A stretch of DNA of 64,000 bases. Source: the human T2T-CHM13v2.0 reference genome, Homo sapiens. The notes under the pieces were generated by a model. It saw only the letters and a list, made by a program, of their open reading frames with translations. It was not told the DNA's origin and searched no databases. The position numbers and the translations under genes are program-made. Positions 28,587 through 42,682 of the stretch are shown in pieces. The stretch's first letter is position 1. Each line of letters opens with the position of its first letter. The stretch lies in the NCBI RefSeq assembly GCF_009914755.1, contig NC_060926.1; one strand, given 5' to 3'.

Positions 28587-28840
28587 TGCCTGGGACATAG
28601 TAAGTGCTCAGTGAATGCTATAATTATATTTTAATAAAAAAGAAAAAAAGTCATTTTCTTTCCATACAACTATTAAACAACCTTCTGCCACACACACATA
28701 ATTTCCTCATATTCTGGGATTTTTAAATAGCTGGCCCAGGTGTTGAAGAAGGGATTTTTTGAAAGAGAAGTGATTTACATAACTTCTAAATCTTGTTCAG
28801 TCCTGAGATTTTACGATTCCATGACCCTCTGGTAAGTTTC

Positions 28841-29138
<298 letters not shown>

Positions 29139-29741
29139 AATTTCTTAAATGATTTGAATTAGTGAGACTATTTCTTTGCTGGAGAAAAGACGGAACTAAT
29201 TTAGAGCAGTTACAACACTCTGGGCACTTTGATGTGCACTTTACCTCCTCTTGTTTGGTGCTGGGCAGTCTTTAGATGAGTCCTTATAATACGTAAGCTT
29301 AGTAAACTGCGGGAGGGTGGGGGCAAATATAGCTGAGAGATACCCCCAGAGGGCAGGGGCACAGAAGTGCTTGTTCCTTGGAGGCACCACTTACCAAGTT
29401 TGGGGCAGGGCTGGTTGGGAACCTACTGAAAGGTTTAGCTGCGTCAGCTTCTTGGGGAGGACTTGATAACAGCGATACAAGGCCCAGAAAAGGTAAACGG
29501 AGAATGGAAATGGTGTGAGGCACAGAAGTGCCCACCTCACATCGCCCAGACCCAGCCCGCCCCAGCTCCATGCTGCTGGTGCTGCTGCTCCTCTGCCTTG
29601 CAAAGGGCGTGCCCTTGGTGGCGTGAGTGGGCCTGAAGGCCGGCCATTTCTGCTGCCTTCGAGCTGACCTGCAGGTCATCAAAGAGAATGATGAAAGAAT
29701 AGCAACCCACCTTGGAGGGGTGCTCTCTGGGGAGTGTCTTC

Positions 29742-29963
29742 CAAGATTTCTCAACCTAGCACCGCTGATATTTTGGGCCAGATAATTGTTTGTTATGGGA
29801 GCCATCCTGTGTACCGCAGGATGTTAAGCAGCATCCTGGGCCTCTACCCTCTAAATGCCAGTAGCATCTACCCATGAATCGTGACCATCAACACTGTATG
29901 TAGACATTGCCAAACTGCTAAATGTGCCGAGGAATCAAAATTGCCCCTGCTGGAGAACCTTGG
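29742..29963 (-). mobile_element. MER20 (hAT-Charlie)
   Basis: TTTCTCAACCTAGCAC...ATTTTGGGCCAGATAATT...CAGCATCCTGGGCCTCTACCC...ATGCCAGTAGCA...AGACATTGCCAAA...GAGAACC. Confidence 0.85.
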
Positions 29964-32846
29964 GTCTAAATAACCAAACCAGTATGGAGCTTGTAAGTGC
30001 TACCTTTTTGTACCTTTTTGTACCTTTTGTACCGTGGTTGTAAGAAGCAACCACGGTTGCTTCATGCTCATAGGCCTGGAAGTCGGCTCACTGCCCTCTG
30101 CTGCCCCAACACCTCCTCACGCAGCTAGCCCCAGTCACAGCAGCTTGAGCTTGGAAGCACTCCTGGATTGCCTTTCATCGTCAGTGCCAAGGGCCTCCTG
30201 CTCCTCCTCAGACTGTCTGGCCCATATCCCCAAGCCTTGCTGGGTGGGGAGTGCAGGGGTGATGTCATTGTGCCTTCCCAGGATAGGTGGAACAAAGGAG
30301 GGAGTCCCCAAGGACCCGAAGCCTGATCCTCTACTGAGCCACCAAATAGATTTCTTTTCCCCTCTGTCTCCCTCCTTCCAACTTCATAAGCATTTGCTGT
30401 TCTCCAAGTGCTCCATTGTAAGAGGACACGCTAGTTGACTGGGGCTTTGTGTGTCTCTGTTGAGTCCGTTTCCTGCCCCTCGTGTGTTATGAGGGTGTTG
30501 ATTCTGGTCTGGTCCCCGGATGGAATCTTCTGTGTCTTTTCCAACGTGGGGGTGTGAACCTGAGGAACTTAGACCCTGCGTGATTTTTCCAGCACTCTTG
30601 CACTTCGTGGGGCCTGCTCCTGACTGTGAGGAGAGTTCGAAGGGAGGGGAACAGGAAGAGAGGGCAGGAACACAAGAGCTTGTTTTTTTATTTTTGACAT
30701 CTCTTCCTCCTCTTCTTTCCTCCCACCTACTTTGAGTTTCTAAGAACCATGATAGCCCTGGGGAGCCCTCCCGGCACAGATCTCAGTCTGTTTCAGCTCT
30801 GTTCTCTGCACCCACCCATGACCTCTCCATTTGCCTCTCTGTAGGGAGGAGGGTTGGGATTGGGCTGTAACTCTTTAGGACAGGGCACTAAGGAAGTATA
30901 TTGACTGTTGTTTCTGGCAAATCCTCAGAGTTTCCTTGTGAAAGAACCTGTTAATTCAAAACCTGAAAGAAGTCTGGGTGCTCCTTTAGTGAGAGATTCA
31001 CCCAAAAGAGTGACAATTGGCTGAGGAACACATTTTGTGCTTGTTTATTTAGAAATATTTTAATCCAAGCAGGTTTTCATTTTGATCTTGCTCCCTTGCT
31101 TCATTAAAGACATTTTCTGACTCCAGTATAACGCATAAAGGATTTTATAATTCACAAAAAAAATTGTTAACCCTAAATACATATAAACTATGAGTTACTT
31201 GCCTCCTTGATAAGAGGCCATCTGTGAAATGCACCTTACATATTCTGCTCTAGACCTGCTCTTTCAGAATGGCCAAGCTTAGCCCCAGAATTACAGCTCC
31301 TGAGTCACTGTAGTAAAGTTGCCATCCATCACAATGATTACGTGATCAATAATGCATGTGGTCTTTTCTGTGGGACCTGTCATGATGTTATTGGTGCAGC
31401 TGCTTCTCCACTGCAGCCTGCCCCTTACTGTCTTTTTCTGCTTCCTCTAATCCTGTCCTTTTTGATCCTGTGTTTCTGGTTGGCCTTTGTCCCTGGGGAA
31501 GGGCCCTCCTTCTGTCTGGATGGGTAGGTCCTTTTTGGGAAAGGCAGGACCTCAAGGAGCCGCTGACTGTAGCAGGTGGCCGGGGATCTTGGCAGGTGCC
31601 CCAGCTGATTCTCCTGCCAGGTCGGCAGCTGTAAAACCTCAACCAATGTCATCTCTGCCTCATTCCCTCCCTGTGGTGGGTGGTGGAGTGAGTTTAGCAA
31701 AGCCTTCAGACAGACCTTCCCAGGGTGTTGGGCTGTTTGCTGTCCTTCTGGCCAACCTGAGAACCCAGTACTCTCAGGCGACTGGGCACATGCCTTATTA
31801 GCAAGGGTGGCTTTTTAGTTGTTACCCCCACCCAGTGGTTTTGAAATACATGCCAAATTGTTGAGCTATCTGCTTTTTTTTTTTTTTTTTTTTTTTGTAG
31901 ATTCGTGTGTAATTATTTTTGTCATTTGGGTTTGCACTAGGAGTAGGTCTTAGATTTTTGGCATAAATTCATGCTGGTGGAACTAGATATAGTGTATGTA
32001 ACATAGAGAACAGAGTCAGGGAGTAAGAGTGGTTGGGTCCAGGGTACGTTCTGTGGATGTCTGTTGAAGGTCTTCAGCAACCTATGTTTAGAACATTCTG
32101 CAGAGGCAAGAAGTTTGAAAGCCTATTTGTATGGTATGTGAAGGCCAGTTCTGGGCAAATATGTCTAGAGTTTTATACCTTAAATTGGACAGAATTTGAT
32201 TACTGAGCTTTGAAAAACCTTTAACACTGTTTCCTGGATGACTTGAATGTACAACAATCACGCTTTAGACCATAAATCAGCAGTTGCCTTTTCAGCGAAG
32301 GATCACAGTATGGAGATTATATTTTTCTTCTCCTTTTATAGAAGAGAACATTGAATCCTGTGTTGAGTCACATTTTTGTTGAAACCTTGGGCCCAGACCC
32401 TGCTTTCCCGATGCCTGCAAAGACTTCCCGATGCCTGCGATGTCTTTGCACTCTACCATGTTGCTTGCCATTTTCTTTTGTTGTTCATGGTGTGTGTGAC
32501 TGAGCAGGTGAAGACGGTCATTGCCAAGGTCATGAGTTAATTTATCTTGTCCAGTGTTGCCCAATCCTTTGTAGATGAGGGAAGCAGTTTTCTGCTGTCT
32601 CATGAGATTTCCTACCCTACACCCTTTAATATACTCACCTTTTGGAGGAATAATAGCTGTAACATGTATGTAGGAAGCTTTACCAGTCAAGTATTATGGT
32701 ATAGGGCAGGACTGCAAAGGACCCTGTTGTCATCTGCATCCTGCTGCCTCTTCAGCAGGGATGGGAGAAAAGAAAGGGGAGCAAAGGATGTTCTGCTGGC
32801 AGTGTGCCTGGGAGCTCACATGTTTAAGGACTGGACAGTTCCTACA

Positions 32847-32930
32847 CAGATGCTCCTTGACTTATGAGATTATATCCCAGTAAACCCATCGTAAAGTCAA
32901 AAAATTGTAAGTTGAACCATCAGTAATCAG
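32847..32930 (+). mobile_element. MER47C-like short Tigger MITE
   Basis: CAGATGCTCCTTGACTTATG...AAACCCATCGTAAAGTCAAAAAATTGTAAGTTGAACCATC. Confidence 0.7.
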
Positions 32931-33098
32931 TGTTCTTTCTCAAAGACATGACCGCAGTTAAGGGGCGCTAAGTAGAGGTGTCCTTGGAGGTCAGTTTTGC
33001 TGACCTTCCTCTGGCTGGGGTCTTGTGGCCCTGCTAGCATGTGCCTGCTCCTGCCAGTTCTGTGGTCAATGGTAAAACAAGTTCTTCTCTGCTTGCAG

Positions 33099-33250
33099 AT
33101 GAGCGTGAAGCCGTGCAGAAGAAGACCTTCACCAAGTGGGTCAATTCCCACCTTGCCCGTGTGTCCTGCCGGATCACAGACCTGTACACTGACCTTCGAG
33201 ATGGACGGATGCTCATCAAGCTGCTGGAGGTCCTCTCTGGAGAGAGGCTG
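33099..33250 (+). CDS. SPTBN1: SPTBN1 coding exon (exon 3), N-terminal half of CH1
   Basis: ttctctgcttgcag|AT GAG CGT ... AGG CTG|gtgagt; (D)[50 protein letters not shown]; 152 nt, phase 1 to 0. Confidence 0.98.
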
Positions 33251-36200
33251 GTGAGTGGAGACCTTAGGAAGTGCCGTGTGTTGTAGGTGGAAAATATTTT
33301 TGAAAAATCAAGTGTGACTTGTCTCCTGTTGAATTCTGCACTTAATGGTTGATAGTTTTGAGGAGAATCTTGAGAAGTGAGTTGAGCGCTTCAGGGAGAG
33401 CCTTAGTGTCACATTCTGAGCGTGGATGATGTTCTTGAGCTGTAATAAAGCCACTTTGTTCTGGTAATTTGCAAGGTTGCCACCTTTGGTCAGAAAGAAC
33501 TTGGCTGGGGTTCCTGCCAAGAACAGGGCATGGTGCTGGAATTTGAAGGGCCAGGCTTGGGCGCTGGCTTCTAGATGAACCTGTGTCCCACATGCGATGA
33601 TGGAATGTTTTCTAAATTTGTGTCTTTCTGGTTGTCTAGAAAATCTGAGCTGCCATCTTAAGGTGGCAAGCATTGAATTCAGTGGCCACTGATGTTTTCT
33701 TCCCTGCACGCTTTTTATTTTGGGAGTGGAGGGAGAAGCTGGTGTTTTGTCATCTCCTTGGGAAAGGAGCTTCTGATGAATTCACCCTGCCTTTTCAGGC
33801 AGGAAAGTTGTCAGCCTGCAATGAAAATTGTATCCCCAATCTGTTTCCCAGAGCTGCTGCGGCCCTCTCTGATGTGACTCTTGTTTATGCACCTTATACC
33901 AAAGAAGCTTAAAGCAGTCACTGTGACTGATCCAACAGGTTTTGTCTCACCTTGGTTTGAAAATGGTTGCTGTATCCTCCCAGAGCACATGTAGTGCCAT
34001 AGGTGGAAGTGGTGCCGAGCCAGAAGCCAACGCCCAGAATGGAGACCACATCTGTACTGACATCACCAGGAAAATATGATGCTGGCAGTTGGCAGGGCTG
34101 CCAGAAAGCCTTATTTTTAACTTGATCTCCACCCTGTAGCTTGCCAGCCGCAGTAGGCCTGTGTGCAGACCTGCCCCACACCTCTGACCGCAGGCAAGGG
34201 TCTAAGGTTGTCCCTTGTCCTATTTGTTATCAGCTCAGAGACAGACTGCCTCTTTGAGTCTGGGTTGAAATGGAGCCAGAAAAGTATTCTCTTCCCTGCC
34301 CTTCAGTTCAAGAACAGGGCTCTCCAGAAGATAGTGAAGCCCTGTCTTCTCTGTAGTGAGTTTCATCCATGCCCTTTGTTCCTGAGCATGTAGGTCTTGT
34401 GGCCTCATTTTCTGTGAGGGTTTGTCGGTCACACTAGACAAACTAGACAAATAACGGAGACCCCTGCTCAAAACCATGATGGCTATAAGAAGGCAGTTGA
34501 TTTGTGGTCTGGGGGTGAGGGAGTGGACCCACATGGGGAGTTTGAACAGGCCATTTATTGCATTTTGATTTGATTTTCCAAAGTGAGTCTTGTTTGAGAG
34601 CCTAGACTAGAATTATTGTGATATGCAGCTTTAAGTATAATTTTTATAACCAGACTTCCTTTGTCTACCTCTCAACCTTTTTTTGTTTCTTAGTGTTTAA
34701 CCTAGTATGTTTATTTATTGATTTTTTTTTTTTTTTTGTGGAGTGGGGGAATGGTGTTTTGAAAGTAGCTAAAAAAAATCATTAAAGGTCACATGGATAG
34801 GAGTTAGTCTGAACATTTATTTTTGTGTTTTTTTTTTTTTAATTTATTTTTGTTCCAATAGGGTCCAATCTTCTAGGCTGTAGGGAGTAAACTGTTCACC
34901 TTTAAAGACCCATAATTATTTTATACCAAGAAGATTGTGTCCTTGATAATGTCCACATCATAAATGGGATCAGGCCCATTGCCGTTTTTTCTGAACAGGG
35001 CAAGAAAAATATAAGTAGGGAGAAAAACCAGTAAAGCATAATTCTTAGATGTGTGTGAGTATCTCCCACTCCTCTCCTTATTTGTTAGCAGTAAGTTTTT
35101 TTGTGGCAACCCAGAGACCTAGGAGAGTAAGGATGAAGAAGATGGTACAGTGGCTACCATCTCCAACCTCTTAGGCAGTCGATATCAGTAGTTTTACAGA
35201 ACTTTGTAAAGCCCCTAGTGCCTTCATTTGTATTACCCATTCTTCACAGCCATCTTGGATTATATAGGTTGGCCAGTCTAATTTTCTTATTCCAAAAATA
35301 AAGATACCATAGATAGAGTGCTCTTAAAGCTCTTGTTCATCTGGGCTGGAGATTTTAAGTCTCTTTGGCCTCGTAGTCTGTTTGGTTCATGGAACTTCCT
35401 GGAAAGGAAACACACCACACACTGCCTTTGGCCGTGGAGGTTGCCAGGACCTCAAGTTAAAGATCCTCCCTGCAGAAGACCTCCATGAGAGCTTGCCCCA
35501 AAGGTTCCTTGCATATTCAGATTCCAGAACTAATGAGGTGGTTAGAGCTTCCAGGCCTGGGTAAATGAATGTCCCAGCTAAGTGTGTCATCAGATAACAT
35601 TAGCTGGGCTTTCTGCACCAGTGGTCCAAAACCCTGGGTAACATAAATGTTTGCACTCTATCTGGAGCCCAGTCTTTGTCAGCCAGCATTTTAGCCCCAG
35701 CACTTAACCACCAGCTTGGCAATAGCTAGCAGATAAATGTTTGAGGGACTAGGTGATTCAATTTACTTAATTAATAGATTCTTAGAGCCACTTCCTTTAC
35801 AGAGGAGGAAATCTGTGAATGTGTGCATGTGTGTTTTCTGAGTAAAGTTCAAAGAAACATTAATGACCCAGACAATTCCACCCTCACCCCACCCTGGATT
35901 TTGGCTCAATAATATTTGAGTTAAATATGAGCAAGTATCATGTAGGCATTTGGGAACTTGATTTTGAACTACTCAGCAACATCACAAGGCAGAGATCTCT
36001 GGTCCTGGCCTGGTTATGATCTGTGTCCAGAAGTGTCTGCTCCCTCTCGGTCTCAGGTGTATCAGCTCATAGAGCAGTGAGAAGGCTGAGAGCTGGGCCA
36101 GGAAGCTTCTGCTAGTCAGGATTAGATTGATTAGAAATAAAACTATTCTTTTCTCATTTCTTATTCTGAGTTCACTATAGTCTATAACTCTCCATAAAGG

Positions 36201-39200
36201 TCTCACTTGAAAAATGCCTTAGAAATACAGACCCACCCTTTACTTTAACATTGGATTGGCAGATAAAAGTGTGAGCACAGAACCTGTGCTGGCCACTTAG
36301 TAATTAGACCTAGATCTCAGGACCAGAGTAGAATGAGGCTTGAGGGGTGATGGTTTGCCCTGCAGCAGCGTTGACATGTGGAGAGAGAGGAGCCCCTGGC
36401 ATACGATAGGCCTGCACTTCAATGGTAATGTTCTGCCCACAGCTCATAATCCACTTTAGATGCTCCCCATTGCCTGCCATCTCCCTTCATGGGCGTCTGC
36501 AGTGAAGATTGATTCTCACTATGGTGGCCAGTTTTTTGCCTTGCTCCTGGCCAGACTAAGCCCTCGCCTCTGACCGAGATAGAGTGAGGTTTTCCAAACA
36601 ACTCTGCCCTCCCCCAAACCCCACCAAGTCAGTTATCACTGGTTTTTGCTTCCCTGTTGTTTCCTGATCTGTATTCTGTCTTCTTACTCCATCAGTCATT
36701 CTCTGAGAAAGCAACAGAAAAGAGTGTGTGTGTGCGTGCATGTGTGTGTGTTTGTGTATGTTGCCACCATTAATTTCAAAGCAGGCTGAGCTAGGTGGAG
36801 AAGATAGATTTAACATGAGATTTGTTAAGCCTCAAATCCCACGTTGAACTGCTCTGAGTTTTTTCATAAAGCCTTTGTTTAAGAGAACCATACTGGTACA
36901 TATTGTTTATTGAAATAGTGTTTGTGGACTGGCCATGGAACCTCGTTGGGGTTTCTTAAAAACGTCATTTGTATGGGAGAATTTACTTTTGTTTTAAACA
37001 ACCAGCCACAGAACTCCTACATTAAATGTGGGTCTAATCACACAAACTTGAGAAGTGAACTAAGAGTCCTAAGTGCCACATGATAAAGTGCCAGATGAAT
37101 GGCCCCAGAGCCCTAGAGTTCAGAAGGGGAGATGAGCCCTCTGGACAGGATGTCAAGAAACCTTAGTAGGAGGGTAGGGTGTGGGTAGGGTTCCAGCTGG
37201 GTCCAGGAGAAGAGCTTCACAGGCCGGGCAGCCAGAGTGTGAAAGCTCATAGTTTGGACTAAGTGAAGAGAGCATTTGGAGGTAGCAGGCATCAGGAACT
37301 GGCGCAGGGCAAGTTTCCCAGCCAAACTGGAGGGGTTTTTTTTGAAAGGAGTGGTGATGGTAACTTCCCTATCACTTGTGTTTACAGAGTACTCTCCTAC
37401 TCTTTTCTCATTCAGTTCTTACAGTCTAATGAAGTGGGCAACCTCTGCTTTACAGAAAACAGTTACCAGTGACTTGCCAAGGCCAGTGCTGCTAGTAGGC
37501 GATATGGTGTGGACTGCAGCCCACCCTGCTGACTCTTCAGCGCCTCCTTTCCCATGGAGCCCTTAGGAGTGGGTCCCAGCTGGGAACAAGACAGGCAGGA
37601 AGTCATGGGACACAGTGTGGTATTCCCCGATTAATTGTAATTGGGCCAAAATAACTAATACTCCTCTGAAAGCTCAAAGTTTCATGTGTTGGGAGGAGTT
37701 TGGGGACTAGTGTGAAGTGAGTTTGGCTTTGTAGCATATTAGAAGAAATTTTGGAATTAGTGCTTCCCATCCTACCCTATGTATTCCGTAGAGGCCTTTG
37801 TTTGTGAATGTGTATAGCAAAAATCTATGTTTAATTAAAAGAAAAAAACATAAGCAAGTGCCTGTCACACTGATTTGCTGAGATCAGTGTCTTCTGTATT
37901 TCCTCTTCACCTGAACAAGAGATTGGCAGACACTGTAGACTTCAGCTTTGGTGCTAGTGAGTCCTCTGTCCTGCAACACCCTGTAGATTGTTATCATACA
38001 GCTGTAAGTGACTTCAGTGACCACCAAGTTAAATCCCCTCACTTGGTAGATATGGTAAGTCAGGGAAAATAAGTGACCAGCAAGGCCACCCAGCTGGGTT
38101 ATGGCAGATCTAGGCCTCATTGGCCTCTCTCAGTGCCCGGGGCTGTGCTCTGCCCAGCACCACAACCCTTGATAGTTGTCACTCCAGGTAGCTGCAGGGT
38201 TTCTTTGGACACGTATAGAGAAAGAAGGGGCAGGGAGTACAGGGTGGAACAGGGCATCGCAGCACCCCAGAGACCTCCCAAAACACCCTGCCAGAAACCT
38301 TCCCTTATATCTTCCTCTCCTATAAAAAAAAGAGGCCAAATTAGCTCTCAGAAGCTTTTTTTTTCTTTCTTTCTTTCTTTTCCTCTCCATCTCTGGAGTG
38401 ACAAAACCTTTGCGGTTGTAATTACTCCATAGTTCTGCAAATCCTGATGCCTTGCAGAGTGTAAATGACCCAAACTCAAGGCTGGGCAGGCAGGTGGGAC
38501 AGAGCCAGTGCCCCAGGAGGGATCACCCAGCCCCCTCCTTCCTCTCTAAGGGTTTTTGGTCCATGCGAAGGAATTGCCCAAGGCCATACTGCTTCTTAGG
38601 CAGGGCCTGGACTGGACTCTAATAAGCAATTAGAATTATGTTGTCAGATCCTAGAGATGTTTATGTAGCCCCTTAAGTTTCCTCTCCTGTTTTAGAGCGA
38701 GAAAGAAGATGGGCCTGGGATGGAGATATGGCTGGTAAAGGTTTAGGACTAGACGGGACCTTGGGAGGGGGAAACAGAAAAAGTGCCTGTGAAAAAAACA
38801 CAGGAATCCACGGACTGTAGTGTGAGGGGAAGGGAAGCTTCTTAAAATGATTTAAAGGAGGATCAGTAAAAATAGGCATTTCCTCAGAGGAACTGCTCTC
38901 TGCCTGCAGAGCCCCGATAGTCACAGGAGTCTGGTATCGACCCTTGGCCCCACGTTAAGGGCGTTTCAGACTTTCCTGTCAGAAGTGACACAGAAGTGCA
39001 CATGTTGCTGTGGGGACGGAAGCATGCCGCACTAGGGAATCCGATGGCCAATAATGGAGGCAAGACAGAGGACGCTTCTTTCCTTTGCAGAATTAGCTGC
39101 TCTTGGGGCAGGCTTCAGAAAGTGTTTACTGCTGAGAGGCGCCCCCTCCCTCTGCTCCATTGTGTTTAATTCTCTATTGTTACCTCTTCTTCCTTTTGAG

Positions 39201-39349
39201 AAGATGAAGTTTGGCAATATAAAAATAGCTCTTTAAAAAAATGAAAACCAGCCACCAGATGGGAACCGAGTCCCTCACTTCCTTTCACATGGAAGCATGT
39301 ACCCCTCTTCCCTGTATTCTGGGTTTTTCCTGTACTGTAAAGAGGACGA

Positions 39350-39550
39350 GCTTTAAGTCCTGGTTCACCACATCCTAACTAGCTGGTAGATTGCTTCATC
39401 TCTCTGAGCCACTGTGTCTTCATGTATAAAATGACAGGAATAGTAATTATTATAATGCAGGGTTACTGTGAGGATTAGATGTGATCACAGTTGTCAACCA
39501 CCTAGCAGGGAGAGGTGAACACACAGTAGTTGCTCAGTAAGTGGCAGCTA
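39350..39550 (+). mobile_element. MIR
   Basis: CTCTCTGAGCCACTGTGTCTTCATGTATAAAATG...GGTTACTGTGAGGATTAGATG...GCTCAGTAAGTGGCAGCTAT. Confidence 0.75.
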
Positions 39551-41159
39551 TGAATTTTTAGATCTTGGGAACTTTGAAGTTTGTATGACCAACATGTTTC
39601 TATGGATAGCTCTGTGAGATCATGATCACCTCTTGAAATTAATTTCTTGTAATTACTGCTTCCTAAACTTGCCCAGGTATTGTGCTTTAAAACATGTGAG
39701 AAGCCTACTCTGAAGCAGATAGAACACACGTTGTGGGAGTGTGTGGTGTACTTGAGTTTTAGTCTCAATTCCCACTCCTCTCGTATCGTACCACCAGGAG
39801 GTCATCTCACCTTGCTGTATCTTGTTTATTCTTGTTATTCTGTGGCTTGCTGGTTTTTGAGTTGCATCCAGGTCTGGAATGAACCATCCCTTAGTTCATC
39901 TGGCACAGCCAGTCGCCATCAGCATGGGGTCCCTGTGATGTGGCATTGAACTTCTTCAACCTGCGTGAATGTGTTTGGGCCCCATCACCACCCTCCCCCT
40001 CCCACACCCTGGACCCCATGTTCATGTGGAAGCACACACACATTCCATTGAGATTTGTAGAGAGAGAATAGAGTTGTGGAATGTCTCATACATGTTTCCT
40101 GTTTGTGGGGAGGAGATTCTGAGAGGACCACTTTTTCTACCGCATTCATTTGAATGTAAGTCAGACAAGTGATTATTTGAGATCAAGCTTTCAGGATAAA
40201 GTCTGAAAGAACATTGGTTATGTCCTGCTGGTTGGAGCCTGGGAAGGTACCGACAGTCCCCATCTATTCATTATTCTCTTCCTTAACTTCTCATAATACC
40301 ATCCACACTGTCGCCTCCACCCTCTTGGAGGGAGACTTATGAGAATGGCTGCTGCAGTTAGAAGTTTCTGTCCCCCTTGATCTGCAGTTCCCATCATGAA
40401 GACACTTTGTTTGTGATGGAAACAGCACATGTAGCTGGACCACTCACTATCTCACTGCTCAGGTGCACGAACTGACAAGAAATGAGAAGAAAAGGCCCCT
40501 GAACAGCAAAAATGTCAGAAGCCCCTGCACCTTTCTTAGAGGCAGTTAATCCCCATCCCTCAAATTTGAACAGTTTTGAACCAGGAGCTTCGTTCAATCC
40601 AGAAACCACCTGGATGTGAGAAGAAAAGGGGCTGCTGTGAATAGTCACGTTTCAGCATGAGAAATGATAGCTGATCCAGGAGACAAAAGGAAAAACTTAA
40701 AGAGCACACATGAGAGCCATATGCAGTTCTGTGACTGCTGGCGGGGAGAGCTGCTCCACCCACCTCTTCTAGGGCGGCACCGATTACACAGGCATCCCTT
40801 TCTCGGATAGGAGCGTAATGGTGTCTGGGCCAGCTTTAGGAGGCTGACGGGTGTACCGTGGAGAGAGAGCACCAGTGTTACCTCAAACAGCACTTGCAGA
40901 ATCAGAGTTACAGAATTTTAGATTAAGCCCACCCGTATTTTATATCTATTTTTTCCTACCTCGTTAGATTGCTTGATTTTGATGCAACCTGGCATTGCAC
41001 AAATAGCAAATTCTAGCATTTCCCACATAACCGAATTAAAATCATTTTGAAGTTTCTAAAGGCAAAATCCACCTCTTTCTTTTTTTGGGGTAAGGAGGAT
41101 ATCACATTAATGTGAAAAGCTTAATGTTTAAAGACATTTCTTTTTCCATTGCTATTATG

Positions 41160-41780
41160 GTCTGGTTCTGCATCTGCAGATTTAACTGACTGCAGGTAGA
41201 AAATATTCAAGGGGAAGAACAATGAAAAATAACAATACAGAAATAAACAGTGATACAATTTTTTAAAAATACAGTATAACAACTATTTACATACCATTTA
41301 TATTGTATTAGTTACAAATAATATAGCCATGATTTAAAATATATGGGAGGCCGGGGGGCTGGCTCACGCCTGTAATCCCAGCACTTTGGGAGGCCAAGGT
41401 GGATGGATCATTTGAGATCAGGAGTTCAAGACCAGCTTGGCCAACATGGTGAAACGCCATCTCTACTAAAAATACAAAAATTAGCCAGGCGTGGTGACTG
41501 GTGCCTATAACCCCGCTACTTGGGAGGCTGAGGCAGGAGAATCTCTTGAACCCAGGAGGCAGAGATTGCGGTGAGATCGTGCCATTGCACTCCAGCCTGG
41601 GCGACAGAGCGAGACTCTGTCTCAAAAAAAAAATTAATAAATTAATTTTTAAAGTAGATGGGAGGATGTGCATAGGTTATATCAAATACTGTGCCGTTTT
41701 ATATAAGCGACTTGAGCATTTATGGATTTTGGTATCATTGGGGGTCCTGGAATCAATCCCCTGTGGATACCAAGGGACAA
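41160..41780 (-). mobile_element. MER2-family element interrupted by an Alu
   Basis: TACAGTATAACAACTATTTACATA upstream and GGAGGATGTGCATAGGTTATA...GACTTGAGCAT...GGTCCTGGAATCAATCCCCTGTGGATACC downstream of the Alu. Confidence 0.8.
41349..41635 (+). mobile_element. Alu (AluS-type), sense, inserted in MER2
   Basis: GGCCGGGG..GGCTCACGCCTGTAATCCCAGCACTTTGGGAGG...GAGACTCTGTCTC-polyA. Confidence 0.94.
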
Positions 41781-42682
41781 ATATATTTGAAAATAAAATT
41801 TTTCTACTTGTGGTAGGCCTCTGCACATAATCTTATTTCCTCAAGGTCAACCACATTCTTCTGTTTTTACTTGTCCTTTTTTATAGGAGAAAAGAAAGTG
41901 AAAAATAATAATCTGAGACTGGACAGACTTAAAATGGCCGCTTGTTACCCAAGTAACCTTCCTTTCAGACGTTTTCCGTACAGCACATAGCTGAGGATCT
42001 TAACTACCCAGGGGAAGAGCAGGGAATGGACAAGATACTAAGGTAGGGCTGGCTGCTGCCCTTAATTGCGTGTACCTGGGTTGCTGCAGCCTGGCCCCCT
42101 TTCCCCTGTGAGGTCCGCTCAGCACACACCAAGCCCAGTCTGTCTGCTGGCATTCAGTTCACTGTGCACATAACTCTGTGCTCAGAACTGGACCAAAAAC
42201 CCCTGAGAATATAGAAGTATAAAGCCTCATCCTTGCTCTTAGGAAGCGAACAGTCTAGTTGGAAGTAATAAGAGCAATAAATGAAACAACAGCAAAATTA
42301 TAATGATGAGTTCCTGGGCTCTGTGGTCCAGCCTGTTAGTTGTAGAGTTGTGAGGAAAAGAAGAGCTGTGAGAACCAGAATGATTGGAAATGGGAATGTC
42401 TCCGGGAAGGAAAGATGGGCCTTGGCCTGAGCCTTGGAAGGTAGGTAGGTGTGATGAGGTGAAGAGATTGGGAAGTCAAGATGATGGGTCACAGGCTGAG
42501 TGCGTTCTTCTACATGTGGATGTGTGCATCCTCCTGGCATCTTTATGAGATGGTGACATCAGCTCCAGGTGCAGCCTCTACTAGAGGGGGAGTGATGGGA
42601 AATAGGAAGGAGAGAAGGATGGAGCCAGATGGGCGAGGGCATGAGCTTGGTGTTGGTACAACAGATAATAGAAACCCATTTT

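Noticed and set aside
30001-30033. Short tandem repeats (TACCTTTTTG x3; also a ~20-bp duplication near 21447-21485)
   Set aside because: Simple slippage duplications with no spacers; not CRISPR-like and no sign of function
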